Shown here piece by piece: positions 15,926 to 25,649 of a stretch of 32,000 nt of DNA; within the stretch, counting starts at the first letter, position 1; every line of letters starts with the position of its first letter. Below the pieces are notes generated by a model. The model worked only from the letters and a program-made list of their open reading frames with translations, made no database searches and was not told the DNA's origin. The translations under genes and the position numbers were made by a program. This DNA comes from Mycolicibacterium smegmatis. GTDB lineage: Bacteria > Actinomycetota > Actinomycetes > Mycobacteriales > Mycobacteriaceae. Location: positions 6,780,001 through 6,812,000 of the forward strand of contig NZ_LN831039.1 in NCBI RefSeq assembly GCF_001457595.1, read 5' to 3'.

Positions 15926-17443
15926 TCACACGGTTTCGCGGCGTCCGTCGCCCCAACTGATCGCCAATTGCACCGCGCGGTGCCAGTCGTCGAGTTCACG
16001 TTGGCGGCGGGTCGGGTCCATGCTGGGCCGCCACTCGGCCGCGCGGCGCCAGTTGGACCGCAGCACCGCGCGGTCGGGCCAGTAGCCCGCCGCCAGACCG
16101 GCTGCGTAAGCCGCTCCGAGAGCGACGGTTTCGGCCATCATGGGCCGCACGACGGGCGCGTCGAGAATGTCGGCGACAAGTTGCATGAGCAGGTTGTCGG
16201 CCGTCATACCGCCGTCGACGTGCAGTGAGCGCACGGCGATGTCGGAGTCGTCTTTCATCGCGTCGATGACGTCGCGGATCTGCCATGCGGTGGCTTCCAG
16301 CACCGCTCTGGCGATGTGCCCCTTGGTGACATAGGAGGTCAACCCGACCACCAGACCGCGCGCCTCGGTGGCCCAGTACGGCGAGTACAGGCCCGAGAAG
16401 GCCGGCACGATGTAGCAGCCGCCGTTGTCCTCGACTGTGCGCGCGAGCGTTTCGATCTCGGCCGGTGTCTTCACCAGGCCGAGGTTGTCGCGCGACCACG
16501 CGACCAGCGCACCGGCCACGGCAACCGATCCCTCCAGCGCGTACACCGCGGGCTCACCGTCGAACTTGCGGGCGACGGTGGTGAGCAGCCCACGCTGCGA
16601 CCGCACGATGTCCTTGCCGGTGTTGAGCAGGACGAAGCTTCCGGTGCCGAACGTGCACTTTGCCTCGCCGGCCTCGAATGCCGTCTGGCCGAACAGGGAT
16701 GCCTGCTGATCACCGATGACCGCGGTGATCGGGATGCCCGCGATGGGGTCGACGGTCGACGGGAACGGCCCGTTGGTGGGCCGGATCTCGGGCATCATGC
16801 GTCGCGGTACGTGCATGCCCGCGAGCAGTTCGTCGTCCCAGTCGAGGGTCTCCAGGTTCATCAGCATGGTGCGGCTGGCGTTGGTGACGTCGGTGGCGTG
16901 CACGCCGCCGTCGGTGCCGCCGGTGAGGTTCCACAGCAACCACGAATCGACGGTGCCGAACAGCAGATCCCCGCTCTCGGCGCGGGCGCGCAGGTCACGA
17001 TCGTTGTCCAACAGCCAACGCAGCTTCGGTCCGGAGAAGTACGTCGCGAGCGGCAGACCGCAACGCGCGAGCAAAGTCTCGTCGTCGAGTTCGGCCGCGA
17101 TGGCCGGCAGCAGACCCGCGGTCCGGTTGTCCTGCCACACGATCGCGCGGTGCGCGGGCTTGCCGGTGTGGCGGTCCCACACGACGGCGGTCTCGCGCTG
17201 GTTGGTGATGCCGAGCGCCATGATCTGGCGCGGTTCGACGTCGGCGTCGGCGAGGGCCTGCGGGATGATCCGGCGCACGATCTCCCAGATCTCGGTCGGG
17301 TCGTGCTCGACCCAGCCCGGCCGCGGGTAGTACTGGCGGTGTTCGCGCTGCGCGACCGAGACCAGCCTGCCGTGGTGGTCGTAGACGATGCAGCGGGTGG
17401 AGGTCGTTCCCTGGTCGAGCGCGGCGATGTAGCGCTCGGTCAC
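15926..17443 (-). CDS. glpK: glycerol kinase (paralog 1, linked to the IclR regulator)
   Basis: [105 protein letters not shown]. Confidence 0.95.
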   Translation of the reverse strand: MTERYIAALDQGTTSTRCIVYDHHGRLVSVAQREHRQYYPRPGWVEHDPTEIWEIVRRIIPQALADADVEPRQIMALGITNQRETAVVWDRHTGKPAHRAIVWQDNRTAGLLPAIAAELDDETLLARCGLPLATYFSGPKLRWLLDNDRDLRARAESGDLLFGTVDSWLLWNLTGGTDGGVHATDVTNASRTMLMNLETLDWDDELLAGMHVPRRMMPEIRPTNGPFPSTVDPIAGIPITAVIGDQQASLFGQTAFEAGEAKCTFGTGSFVLLNTGKDIVRSQRGLLTTVARKFDGEPAVYALEGSVAVAGALVAWSRDNLGLVKTPAEIETLARTVEDNGGCYIVPAFSGLYSPYWATEARGLVVGLTSYVTKGHIARAVLEATAWQIRDVIDAMKDDSDIAVRSLHVDGGMTADNLLMQLVADILDAPVVRPMMAETVALGAAYAAGLAAGYWPDRAVLRSNWRRAAEWRPSMDPTRRQRELDDWHRAVQLAISWGDGRRETV

Positions 17444-18201
17444 AGTTCCCGCCCGTGGCCGAACTCGCGCGACACCGAGCGGCCCGCGCGCACCACGAGT
17501 TCGGCGAGCCGTTCCAAGGGACGTGCCCGGTGGTCACACAGCCGCTCCACGTCACCGCTGATGCCGATGCTGGCCACCACGTAGCCGCCGCGGTCGCGGA
17601 CGGGCGCGGCGATGCTCGCGACGCCGGGCTGTTCCTCCTCGACCGACGCGGCCCAGCCGCGGTCGCGCGTGTCGGCCAGTTCGTGTTGCAACTGGGCACG
17701 ATTGGTGATGGTCCGGTACGTCAGGCTGTCGAGGGCGCCCAGGCTGCGCGCCGCGCCAGGATCGAACGCGAGCAGCACCTTGCCGAGCGCGCTGGCGTGC
17801 AACGGCACGGTCGCGCCGACCTCCAGCACCTGCGCGGTGGCGTCGGCCCGGAACACGTGGTGGGCCACCACCGCCCGGCCGGCGCGGAACGCCGCGACGC
17901 GCACGGCCTCCCCGGTGCGGGCGGCCAGCGCGTCGGCCCAGTTCAGCGCGCGCGCCTTGAGTTCGTTGAGATCCAGTTGGGTCGAACCGAGGTGGAACAG
18001 ATCGGGGCCCAGTCGATACCGCCCGGACGCATCCTGTTCGACGAAGCCGACACCGTGCAGGGTGCGCAACAACCCGTGCGCGGTGCCTTTCGCCAAACCG
18101 AGTGCACCCGCGATCTGCACGAGCCCGAGGGACTCGTCTTCGATCCCGAGTAGCTGCAGTATCGCCGCGGCCCGTTCCACGGACTGCACAGTGCCTGGCA
18201 C
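17440..18201 (-). CDS. IclR family transcriptional regulator (GylR-like, glycerol catabolism)
   Basis: VQSVERAAAILQLLGIEDESLGLVQIAGALGLAKGTAHGLLRTLHGVGFVEQD HTH, then an IclR effector domain (GATVPLHASALGKVLLAF...GISGDVERL). Four-nt overlap with the glpK start; divergent from glpFKD. GTG 18201 is the inferred start. Confidence 0.92.
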   Translation of the reverse strand: MPGTVQSVERAAAILQLLGIEDESLGLVQIAGALGLAKGTAHGLLRTLHGVGFVEQDASGRYRLGPDLFHLGSTQLDLNELKARALNWADALAARTGEAVRVAAFRAGRAVVAHHVFRADATAQVLEVGATVPLHASALGKVLLAFDPGAARSLGALDSLTYRTITNRAQLQHELADTRDRGWAASVEEEQPGVASIAAPVRDRGGYVVASIGISGDVERLCDHRARPLERLAELVVRAGRSVSREFGHGREL

Positions 18202-18234
18202 AAGTTTCAGGATCACCAAATCGTTCGACCATGT

Positions 18235-18353
18235 CGACCCCGAGGGTCGGCATTGTCGACCGGGGCCGTGTTCGGCGATGCCGAACGACGGGTGATGCCC
18301 GGCCGACCTCTGGCTTCTAGGTTCACAACGCACGCCTCGTGTGACGCACAACA
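18235..18353 (+). promoter_or_regulatory. glpFKD regulatory region: two 6-3-6 inverted repeats and a Crp-like GTG-N8-CAC site
   Basis: CGACCC-CGA-GGGTCG 18235-18249; TTCGGC-GAT-GCCGAA 18271-18285; CGTGTGACGCAACACA 18338-18353. Confidence 0.6.
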
Positions 18354-18383
18354 CATGCGGTTCGAAGAGCCAAGGAGACCAAC

Positions 18384-19205
18384 ATGTCACGACGAACACT
18401 CGTCGGAGAACTCTGCGCCGAGTTCGCCGGCACCCTCATCCTCATCCTGTTCGGGGTGGGCGTGGTCGCTCAGGTGGTCACCGGCGACGGGTCACTCGGC
18501 GACCACGACTCGATCTCGTGGGGTTGGGGTCTGGGCGTGATCCTCGGCGTCTACACCGCCGCGCGGATCAGCGGTGCACACCTCAACCCGGCCGTCACCC
18601 TCGCGATGGCGGTGTTCCGGGACTTCCCGTGGCGCAAGGTGCTTCCGTTCAGCATCGCTCAGCTACTCGGCGCCTTCGCGGCCGCGCTGATCGTGCGCGT
18701 CACCTACAGCGAAGCCATCGCCAACGTCGATCCGGATCACACGATCGCCACGCAGGGCATCTTCTCGACACTTCCCGGCAACGGTGCGCTCCCCATCAGC
18801 CAGGGCACCGCACTGCTCGATCAGATCGTCGGCACCGCGATCCTGCTGTTCCTCGTGATGGCGCTGACCGACGCGCGCAACCACGGTCCGTGGACGCGGC
18901 TCGCGCCGGTGATCATCGGTCTCGTCGTCGTCGGGATCGGCATGGCGTGGGGCACCAACGCCGGGTACGCGATCAACCCGGCGCGCGACCTCGGGCCGCG
19001 CCTGGCGTCCTACATCACCGGGTACAGCACGGCGTTCCATGACCAGACCGGGTTGCTGTACTTCTGGGTGCCCATCGTCGGGCCGCTGATCGGCGCGCTC
19101 GTCGGCGCCGCGGCCTACCGCTACCTGATCGAACGGTTCCTGCCCGCCGACCCACCCATGCTCGACGACGAAACCTCCCGTACCGCAGCCGCATCCGCGG
19201 TCTGA
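18384..19205 (+). CDS. glpF: glycerol uptake facilitator (aquaglyceroporin)
   Basis: Two NPA motifs ([21 protein letters not shown]) with the Asp after NPAR typical of glycerol facilitators; multiple TM helices. Confidence 0.97.
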   Translation: MSRRTLVGELCAEFAGTLILILFGVGVVAQVVTGDGSLGDHDSISWGWGLGVILGVYTAARISGAHLNPAVTLAMAVFRDFPWRKVLPFSIAQLLGAFAAALIVRVTYSEAIANVDPDHTIATQGIFSTLPGNGALPISQGTALLDQIVGTAILLFLVMALTDARNHGPWTRLAPVIIGLVVVGIGMAWGTNAGYAINPARDLGPRLASYITGYSTAFHDQTGLLYFWVPIVGPLIGALVGAAAYRYLIERFLPADPPMLDDETSRTAAASAV

Positions 19206-19231
19206 TCTCCCCTCTCCCGAAAGGACTTCCC

Positions 19232-20746
19232 ATGGCTGACTTCGTCGGTGCCATCGACCAGGGCACCACGTCGACCCGTTTCATGATCTTCGACCACGCC
19301 GGCAACGAGGTGGCCCGCCACCAGCTGGAGCACGAACAGATCCTGCCGCGTCCGGGCTGGGTCGAGCACAACCCGGTGGAGATCTGGGAACGGTCGAGTT
19401 CTGCGGTGCAGAGCGCGCTCAACGCCGCCAAGCTGCAACCGAGCGACCTTGCCGCACTTGGTGTCACGAACCAGCGCGAGACCACCGTGGTGTGGAACCG
19501 GCGCACCGGGCGGCCCTACTACAACGCGATCGTGTGGCAGGACACCCGCACCGACTCGATCGCGGCCGCCCTCGACCGCGACGGCCGCGGCGATGTGATC
19601 CGCGAGAAGGCGGGTCTGCCGCCCGCGACGTACTTCGCGGGCGGCAAGATCCAGTGGATCCTGGAGAACGTGCCGGGCGTCCGCGAGGACGCCGAGATGG
19701 GCGACGCACTGTTCGGCACCACTGACTCGTGGCTGCTGTGGAATCTGACCGGTGGCACGTCCGGAGGTGTGCACGTCACCGACGTGACCAACGCGAGCCG
19801 CACCATGCTGATGGATCTGGAGACCCTCGACTGGGACGACGAACTGCTCGGCTTCTTCGGTGTCCCCCGCTCGATGCTCCCGCAGATCCGGCCGTCGTCG
19901 GATCCGGCCGGATACGGCACCACGACCAGTTCCCGTCCGTACGGCGGGATTCCGCTCACCGGCGACCTGGGTGACCAGCAGGCGGCCATGTTCGGTCAGG
20001 TCTGCTTCGCGCCGGGCGAGGCCAAGAACACCTACGGCACCGGCAACTTCCTGCTGCTCAACACCGGCACCACCCCGGTGCGCAGCAAGAACGGTCTGCT
20101 CACCACGGTGTGCTACCGGCTGGGTGACGACGCACCGGTGTACGCGCTGGAGGGGTCGATCGCGGTGACGGGTTCGGCCGTGCAGTGGCTGCGCGACCAG
20201 ATGCACGTCATCGACTCCGCGGCCGAGAGCGAATCCCTCGCACGCCTGGTGGACGACAACGGCGGTGTGTACTTCGTACCCGCCTTCTCCGGGCTGTTCG
20301 CGCCGTACTGGCGCAGCGATGCGCGCGGCGCGATCGTCGGACTGAGCCGCTACAACACCAACGCGCACCTGGCGCGCGCGACGCTGGAGTCGATCTGCTA
20401 CCAGAGCCGCGACGTCGCCGAGGCCATGGAGGCCGATTCCGGTGTGCACCTCGATGTTCTGAAGGTCGACGGCGGGGTCACGGTCAACGACCTGTGCATG
20501 CAGATGCAGGCCGACATCCTCGGTGTCCCGGTGAGCAGGCCCGTGGTCGCCGAGACCACCGCGCTCGGCGCCGCCTACGCCGCGGGCCTGGCGGTCGGCT
20601 TCTGGCGCAACACCGACGAACTGCGCGAGAACTGGAACGAGTCGCACCGCTGGGACCCGCAGTGGACCGAGGAGCAGCGCACCACCGGGTACACCGGCTG
20701 GCGCAAAGCCGTTGAGCGCACACTTGATTGGGTGGACGTCCAGTGA
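19232..20746 (+). CDS. glpK: glycerol kinase (paralog 2, in glpFKD)
   Basis: [105 protein letters not shown]. Confidence 0.97.
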   Translation: MADFVGAIDQGTTSTRFMIFDHAGNEVARHQLEHEQILPRPGWVEHNPVEIWERSSSAVQSALNAAKLQPSDLAALGVTNQRETTVVWNRRTGRPYYNAIVWQDTRTDSIAAALDRDGRGDVIREKAGLPPATYFAGGKIQWILENVPGVREDAEMGDALFGTTDSWLLWNLTGGTSGGVHVTDVTNASRTMLMDLETLDWDDELLGFFGVPRSMLPQIRPSSDPAGYGTTTSSRPYGGIPLTGDLGDQQAAMFGQVCFAPGEAKNTYGTGNFLLLNTGTTPVRSKNGLLTTVCYRLGDDAPVYALEGSIAVTGSAVQWLRDQMHVIDSAAESESLARLVDDNGGVYFVPAFSGLFAPYWRSDARGAIVGLSRYNTNAHLARATLESICYQSRDVAEAMEADSGVHLDVLKVDGGVTVNDLCMQMQADILGVPVSRPVVAETTALGAAYAAGLAVGFWRNTDELRENWNESHRWDPQWTEEQRTTGYTGWRKAVERTLDWVDVQ

Positions 20747-22449
20747 CCGTGGGTGCTTATCCGCTGAGTCCGGCTCGTCGCGCCGCGGCACTCGACCGGC
20801 TCGCGAGTGACGAGTTCGACGTCCTCGTCGTCGGTGGCGGCGTGGTGGGCGCGGGCGCCGCGCTCGACGCCGCCACGCGCGGGCTGCGGGTCGGACTGGT
20901 CGAGGCACGTGACTACGCGTCGGGCACGTCGAGCCGGTCGAGCAAGCTCTTCCACGGCGGGCTGCGCTATCTCGAGCAGTTCAACTTCTCGCTGGTGTTC
21001 GAGGCACTGCGTGAACGCTCGCTGGTGCTCAACACGCTGTGCCCGCACCTGGCCCGGCCCGTGCCGTTCATCTACCCGCTGCAGACGCGGTTCGACCGCG
21101 CCTACGCGGGTCTGGGTATCGGTGTCTACGACGTCATGGGCGCGGGACGCGGTGTGCCCGGCCACCACGAACATCTGGGCCGTGCAAGGACACTCGAATC
21201 GTTCCCGTCGGGCAGTCCGGCGATCCGCGGCGCGATCCGGTTCTACGAGGGGCAGGTGGACGACGCCCGCCACACCATGATGCTCGTGCGCACGGCCGCA
21301 CACTTCGGCGCGGCGTGCGCGAACAGCACCCGGGTGACGGGTTTCGTACGCGACGGCGAGCGCGTGGCCGGCGTCCGGGTACGCGATCTGGACGGCGGAC
21401 GTGAATTCGAGGTCCGCGCAAAGCAGGTCATCAACGCGACCGGGGTGTGGACGGACGAGACGCAGGGCATGGCCGGTGGTCAGGGCCAGTTCCGCGTGCG
21501 GGCGTCCAAAGGGGTGCACCTCGTGGTGCCCCGCAGCCGGATCAACGCGTCGACCGGCATCATCACGCGCACCGAGAAGAGCCTGCTGTTCGTGATCCCG
21601 TGGGGCAGCCACTGGATCGTCGGGACCACCGACACCGACTGGTCACTCGACCTGGCGCACCCCGCGGCGAGCCGCGCCGACATCGAGTACCTGCTCGGGC
21701 ACGTCAACACGCTGCTCGCCGATCCGCTCACCGCGGACGACGTGGTCGGCGTGTACGCGGGGTTGCGCCCGCTGCTGGCCGGGGAGTCCGACTCCACGAG
21801 CAAGCTCTCGCGCGAACATGCGGTCGCCTCCCCTGTTCCCGGCCTCACGGTCATCGCAGGCGGCAAGTACACCACCTACCGCGTGATGGCAAAGGATGCC
21901 GTCGATCTCGCGGTCAGGGGTCTCGGTCGTGCCGTGCCGTCCTCGTGCACCGAGCGCGTGCCACTGCTCGGCGCGGACGGTTACCCGGCCGCGTGGAACG
22001 CGCGCCGTCGCACCGCCGAGGACACCGGTCTGGCGGTGACGACGGTCGCGCATCTGCTGGGGCGTTACGGCACCCTGACCGACGAGTTGCTCGAAATCAT
22101 CGCGCATCGACCCGATCTCGGTGTTCCCTTGGCGGGCGCTCCGGAGTATCTCAAGGTGGAGGCGTACTACGCGGCGAGCCACGAGGGGGCGCGGCACCTG
22201 GAGGACGTGCTGACCCGCCGTACCCGGATCTCGATCGAGGTGGCCGACCGCGGAGTCGCCGCCGCGCGGGAGGTCGCCGACCTGATCGCACCGGTGCTCG
22301 GGTGGAGTCAGACCGACATCGCCCGGGAGATCGAGCATTACGACGCCCGCGTGGCCGCCGAGCGGGAATCCCAGCACCAGCTCGATGATTACACCGCGGA
22401 CGCCGCACGCCTCGGCGCGCCCGACGTGCGGGTGGGCGTCACGCAGTGA
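20743..22449 (+). CDS. glpD: glycerol-3-phosphate dehydrogenase (FAD-dependent)
   Basis: [54 protein letters not shown]; [12 protein letters not shown]; [12 protein letters not shown] start 20743 overlaps the glpK stop (GTGA). Confidence 0.97.
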   Translation: MTVGAYPLSPARRAAALDRLASDEFDVLVVGGGVVGAGAALDAATRGLRVGLVEARDYASGTSSRSSKLFHGGLRYLEQFNFSLVFEALRERSLVLNTLCPHLARPVPFIYPLQTRFDRAYAGLGIGVYDVMGAGRGVPGHHEHLGRARTLESFPSGSPAIRGAIRFYEGQVDDARHTMMLVRTAAHFGAACANSTRVTGFVRDGERVAGVRVRDLDGGREFEVRAKQVINATGVWTDETQGMAGGQGQFRVRASKGVHLVVPRSRINASTGIITRTEKSLLFVIPWGSHWIVGTTDTDWSLDLAHPAASRADIEYLLGHVNTLLADPLTADDVVGVYAGLRPLLAGESDSTSKLSREHAVASPVPGLTVIAGGKYTTYRVMAKDAVDLAVRGLGRAVPSSCTERVPLLGADGYPAAWNARRRTAEDTGLAVTTVAHLLGRYGTLTDELLEIIAHRPDLGVPLAGAPEYLKVEAYYAASHEGARHLEDVLTRRTRISIEVADRGVAAAREVADLIAPVLGWSQTDIAREIEHYDARVAAERESQHQLDDYTADAARLGAPDVRVGVTQ

Positions 22450-22924
22450 GCAGCGCGTCGATCTGGTTGATGGCCGACGACGCACCCTCGATCACGCCCA
22501 TGTCGAGCACCTGCTGCAACGCCTCGGCGGAGGCATATGTGCCCACATAGGTCGCACGTGTGCCGCCGTCGTGTTCGGTGAACGTATAGACGTTGGTCGA
22601 CACGGGCAGGTCGGTGTTGGGGTTGAAGTCCTCGTCAGCGAACCCGTCGAGGAACGAGAAGCTGTGCGGTTCATCGACTGCCGTGATCTCCCAGTAGCCG
22701 GCGTACTTCTCGCCGTCCGGGCCCGTCATGAAGTAGGTGACCCGGCCACCTGGCCGCAGGTCGTGATCGACAACGGTGGCCGGGTGGCTCGGCGGGCCCC
22801 AGACCTTTTCGAGCTGGCGCGGGTCGGCGTAGATCTGCCAGATACGCGTCACCGGCGCGGCGAACTCGGCCGTGATGGTCAGGGAGAGTGTGTCGAGGTC
22901 GTGCTTCACATCGGTCACGGGCAT
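22439..22924 (-). CDS. SRPBCC / AHSA1-like domain protein
   Basis: ITAEFAAPVTRIWQIYADPRQLEKVWGPPSHPATVVDHDLRPGGRVTYFMTGPDGEKYAGYWEITAV...GGTRATYVGTY. Confidence 0.9.
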   Translation of the reverse strand: MPVTDVKHDLDTLSLTITAEFAAPVTRIWQIYADPRQLEKVWGPPSHPATVVDHDLRPGGRVTYFMTGPDGEKYAGYWEITAVDEPHSFSFLDGFADEDFNPNTDLPVSTNVYTFTEHDGGTRATYVGTYASAEALQQVLDMGVIEGASSAINQIDALLTA

Positions 22925-22925
22925 G

Positions 22926-23267
22926 TCAGTCCTCCTTGAGCGGTTCGGATGAGATGAGTTGGTCGATACGCGCGATGCGGCCGCGCCAGATCTGTTCCAG
23001 CTCTGCGAGCATCTGGCTCACCGACCGCACTGTGGCGACGTCGCCGCTGGCGAGCTGCTCGCGACCACGGCGCCGTTTGGTGAGCAGGCCGGCTTTCTCC
23101 AGCACCGCCACATGCTTCTGCACCGCCGCGAAACTCACGTCGTACTTCGACGCGAGCGCAGAGACCGATTGCTCGCCGGCCAGGACGCGGCGCATGATGT
23201 CGCGCCTCGTGCGGTCGGCGAGCGCGTGGAAGAGCGCGTCGGCCCGGTCCTCGTCGATCACGGTCAC
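22926..23267 (-). CDS. ArsR family winged-helix regulator (of the type paired with SRPBCC proteins)
   Basis: DALFHALADRTRRDIMRRVLAGEQSVSALASKYDVSFAAVQKHVAVLEKAGLLTKRRRGREQ. The track start is TTG 23282; GTG 23267 is also possible. One nt separates its stop from the SRPBCC start. Confidence 0.9.
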   Translation of the reverse strand: MTVIDEDRADALFHALADRTRRDIMRRVLAGEQSVSALASKYDVSFAAVQKHVAVLEKAGLLTKRRRGREQLASGDVATVRSVSQMLAELEQIWRGRIARIDQLISSEPLKED

Positions 23268-23271
23268 CCAC

Positions 23272-23301
23272 ACAACGTACAACCATCTGGTTGTACGTTG
23301 T
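23272..23301. promoter_or_regulatory. ArsR operator candidate: 13-bp perfect inverted repeat with 4-nt centre
   Basis: ACAACGTACAACC-atct-GGTTGTACGTTGT, with TTGACA on the minus strand at 23304-23299. Confidence 0.7.
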
Positions 23302-24143
23302 CAAGCCTCTTGTGCGGATGACCCGACGAATTCCCGCAGCGCCCCGGCCATCACCTCGGGCTGATCCTCGGGGATGAGCGTCCAGGAATCGTCGACGATC
23401 ACCTTGGTGGCGTCGGGGAAGAGTTCGACGAGGCGGTCGGCGTGGTCCAGCGGCATCATGCGGTCCTCGCGTGCCCACACCACCAGCACCGGCCTGGTGA
23501 ACGTCCGCAACCGCTCGGACAGTTCGAGCAGGCGACGACGTGGCGGCGCGCCGGTGGCGAATTTGACGAGATCGCGTCGCACCGCGGCATTTTCGACGGC
23601 AGGCCGGAACCATTCGTCGAACAACCCGTCGGGCAGCCCCGCCTTGCTCAACGCGCCGTACGCCAGGCGGCTGTGCCGGAAGAACCTGGTGCCGAACATC
23701 TTGGTGAGCAACCGTCCACCGCCCGGAAGCCGGCACAGCGCCGCGGCCGGGCGCGCAGGTGCGGGTGGGTAGTTGTCGAACGCGGTGCACGATGCGAGGA
23801 CCAGGCGCCCGATCCGCGCGTCGCGGCCGTCGGTGATCAGGAACTGCCCGCCGCCCCAGTCGTTGAGCACCAGGGTGACGTCCTTCAGGTCGAGCGCATC
23901 GAGGAAGTCGGCGAGGATGCCCGCCACACCCTGTTCGGTCAGGTCGGCATCCGGCCTCATCGGCGCCGTGTGCGCACCCATCGGCAGTGTCGGTGTGATG
24001 CAGCGATATCCGGGCAGCAGCGGTATGACCTTGCGCCACTGCCTGCCATCCATGAGCAGACCGTGACCGAATACCAGGACCGGTCCGTCACCGCCGGTGT
24101 CCTCGTATGCGATGGGTCCCGACGGAAGCTCGATCACCGGCAT
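23301..24143 (-). CDS. alpha/beta hydrolase with Asp nucleophile (epoxide hydrolase / haloalkane dehalogenase-like)
   Basis: GPVLVFGHGLLMDGRQWRKVIP, nucleophile elbow VLNDWGGGQ, PVLVVWAREDRMMP. Confidence 0.85.
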   Translation of the reverse strand: MPVIELPSGPIAYEDTGGDGPVLVFGHGLLMDGRQWRKVIPLLPGYRCITPTLPMGAHTAPMRPDADLTEQGVAGILADFLDALDLKDVTLVLNDWGGGQFLITDGRDARIGRLVLASCTAFDNYPPAPARPAAALCRLPGGGRLLTKMFGTRFFRHSRLAYGALSKAGLPDGLFDEWFRPAVENAAVRRDLVKFATGAPPRRRLLELSERLRTFTRPVLVVWAREDRMMPLDHADRLVELFPDATKVIVDDSWTLIPEDQPEVMAGALREFVGSSAQEA

Positions 24144-24156
24144 GACGACTCCTAGA

Positions 24157-24168
24157 TAGATCGTTCTA
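24157..24168. promoter_or_regulatory. TetR operator candidate between hydrolase and TetR genes
   Basis: TAGA-TCGT-TCTA (within CTAGATAGATCGTTCTAT) in the divergent intergenic region. Confidence 0.45.
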
Positions 24169-24215
24169 TTCAGTACAGGCTAGGATGATGTGCACGACCA
24201 TGCAAGGAGGCGAAG

Positions 24216-24797
24216 TTGGCAGAGTTGGGCACGCGGGAGCGGATCCTGCAGGCCACGGCGGAGCTGTACCGTCGCCAGGGCATGTCGGCCACCGGGCTGA
24301 AACAGATCTCGGGGGCGGCGAAGGCCCCGTTCGGTTCGATCTACCACCATTTTCCCGGGGGCAAGGAAGCCATCAGCGTCGAGGTCATCCGATCGGAGGG
24401 CATCCGCTACGGCGAATTCGTCGGTGCGCAACTGGCAGACACGGACCCGGCCACCGGCATCCCCCAGCTGTTCGAGAGCGCCGGCCGGCTCCTGCAGTCT
24501 CAGGACTACTCCGAGGCGTGCTCGATCGAAACCATCGCGCTGGAGGTGGCGAGCACCAATGAAGTGCTGCGGCAGGAGTCCGCGACGGTGTTCGAGAACT
24601 GGCTCGCCGGTCTCGCACGCTGGTTCGGCCAACTCGACGTCGACGAGGCAACCAGCAGGCGACTGGCGGTCATCACCCTGACGGCCCTGGAGGGCGCGTT
24701 CGTGCTGTGCCGCACATTGCGCTCCGTCGAGCCGATCATCGCGGCCGCGCAGGGGGTGCAGGCCGCCGTGACCGCCACACTCGCAGAGAAGAGGTAG
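24216..24797 (+). CDS. TetR family transcriptional regulator (YxaF/LmrA-like)
   Basis: RERILQATAELYRRQGMSATGLKQISGAAKAPFGSIYHHFPGGKEAI. TTG start with AAGGAGG at 24204-24210. Confidence 0.93.
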   Translation: MAELGTRERILQATAELYRRQGMSATGLKQISGAAKAPFGSIYHHFPGGKEAISVEVIRSEGIRYGEFVGAQLADTDPATGIPQLFESAGRLLQSQDYSEACSIETIALEVASTNEVLRQESATVFENWLAGLARWFGQLDVDEATSRRLAVITLTALEGAFVLCRTLRSVEPIIAAAQGVQAAVTATLAEKR

Positions 24798-24806
24798 CGA
24801 GCCCGA

Positions 24807-25649
24807 TCAGTCCCGGTCCGACCAGCGGAACACCGCGCGGCAGGCGATCAGCCCGCCGACACACCACGCCATCAGCACGAGGAAGATCCGCCAGTGCTCC
24901 CAGCTGCCCGCCGGTTCGATCGCCACCAGCTCCGGCGGCAGCAGCACCGAGCGGAAACCCTGCGCCATCCACTTGACCGGGAACAGCGATCCGATGGCCA
25001 GCATCCACGTGGGCAGCACCATCAGCGGAACGTATGTGCCGGAGAGGAATTGCAGTCCCACCGCGGGCCCGTTGGTGAGCGCCGCGGCGGCCACCGCATT
25101 GCTTGCGAAGTTGCTGATGAACACCCCCAGCAGTGAGCAACTGACGACGCCGAGCACGAACACCCAGGCCAAGGTGAACCAGCCGAAGAGATCGGCGGGC
25201 AGGCGCAGCCCGAACACCAGGACCCCGACGGCCATGAGCAGCACGGCCTCGGCGAAACTCACGATCGCGACCAGCATGATCTTGCCGATGAAATACGACG
25301 TCGCGGTGGTGGGTGTGCCGCGCAGGCGGCGCAGCGCACCGGTGTCGCGATCGGCGGCGATGCTGATGCCGAGGTTGATGAACGACGTCGACAGGATTCC
25401 GTAGGCGAGCATGCTCGCCGCGATCACCGCGCCGGTGCTGACGCCGCCGACGGGCAGCGGATCCGAGAAGATCGAGCCCAGCAGCAGGCAGATCACCGCG
25501 GGCATCGAGAAGGTCAGGACCATCTGTTCGGGCCTGCGGTAGAACATCTTCAGTTCCGGCAGCACACGCGAGAACCCGATGCGCACCGCGGAGGGCACGG
25601 GCGCGGCGGTGTGCTGCGACGGTGGACTCGAGACGTGCTTGATCGACAT
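24807..25649 (-). CDS. ABC-2 type exporter permease (DrrB-like)
   Basis: MSIKHVSSPPSQ...FYRRPEQMVLTFSMPAVICLLLGSIF... six hydrophobic segments, 'ADRDTGALRRLRGTP', 'LFPVKWMAQGFR'. The track merges it with an upstream frame; ATG inferred at 25649. Confidence 0.93.
   Translation of the reverse strand: MSIKHVSSPPSQHTAAPVPSAVRIGFSRVLPELKMFYRRPEQMVLTFSMPAVICLLLGSIFSDPLPVGGVSTGAVIAASMLAYGILSTSFINLGISIAADRDTGALRRLRGTPTTATSYFIGKIMLVAIVSFAEAVLLMAVGVLVFGLRLPADLFGWFTLAWVFVLGVVSCSLLGVFISNFASNAVAAAALTNGPAVGLQFLSGTYVPLMVLPTWMLAIGSLFPVKWMAQGFRSVLLPPELVAIEPAGSWEHWRIFLVLMAWCVGGLIACRAVFRWSDRD

Noticed and set aside
16316-18153. Plus-strand ORFs of 422 and 232 aa over glpK and IclR
   Set aside because: Shadow frames of well-supported minus-strand genes.
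19121-20908. 595-aa minus-strand ORF over the second glpK
   Set aside because: Shadow frame antiparallel to a clear glycerol kinase; composition (VADLVAD, RRHRG) is that of reverse-complement GC-rich coding DNA.
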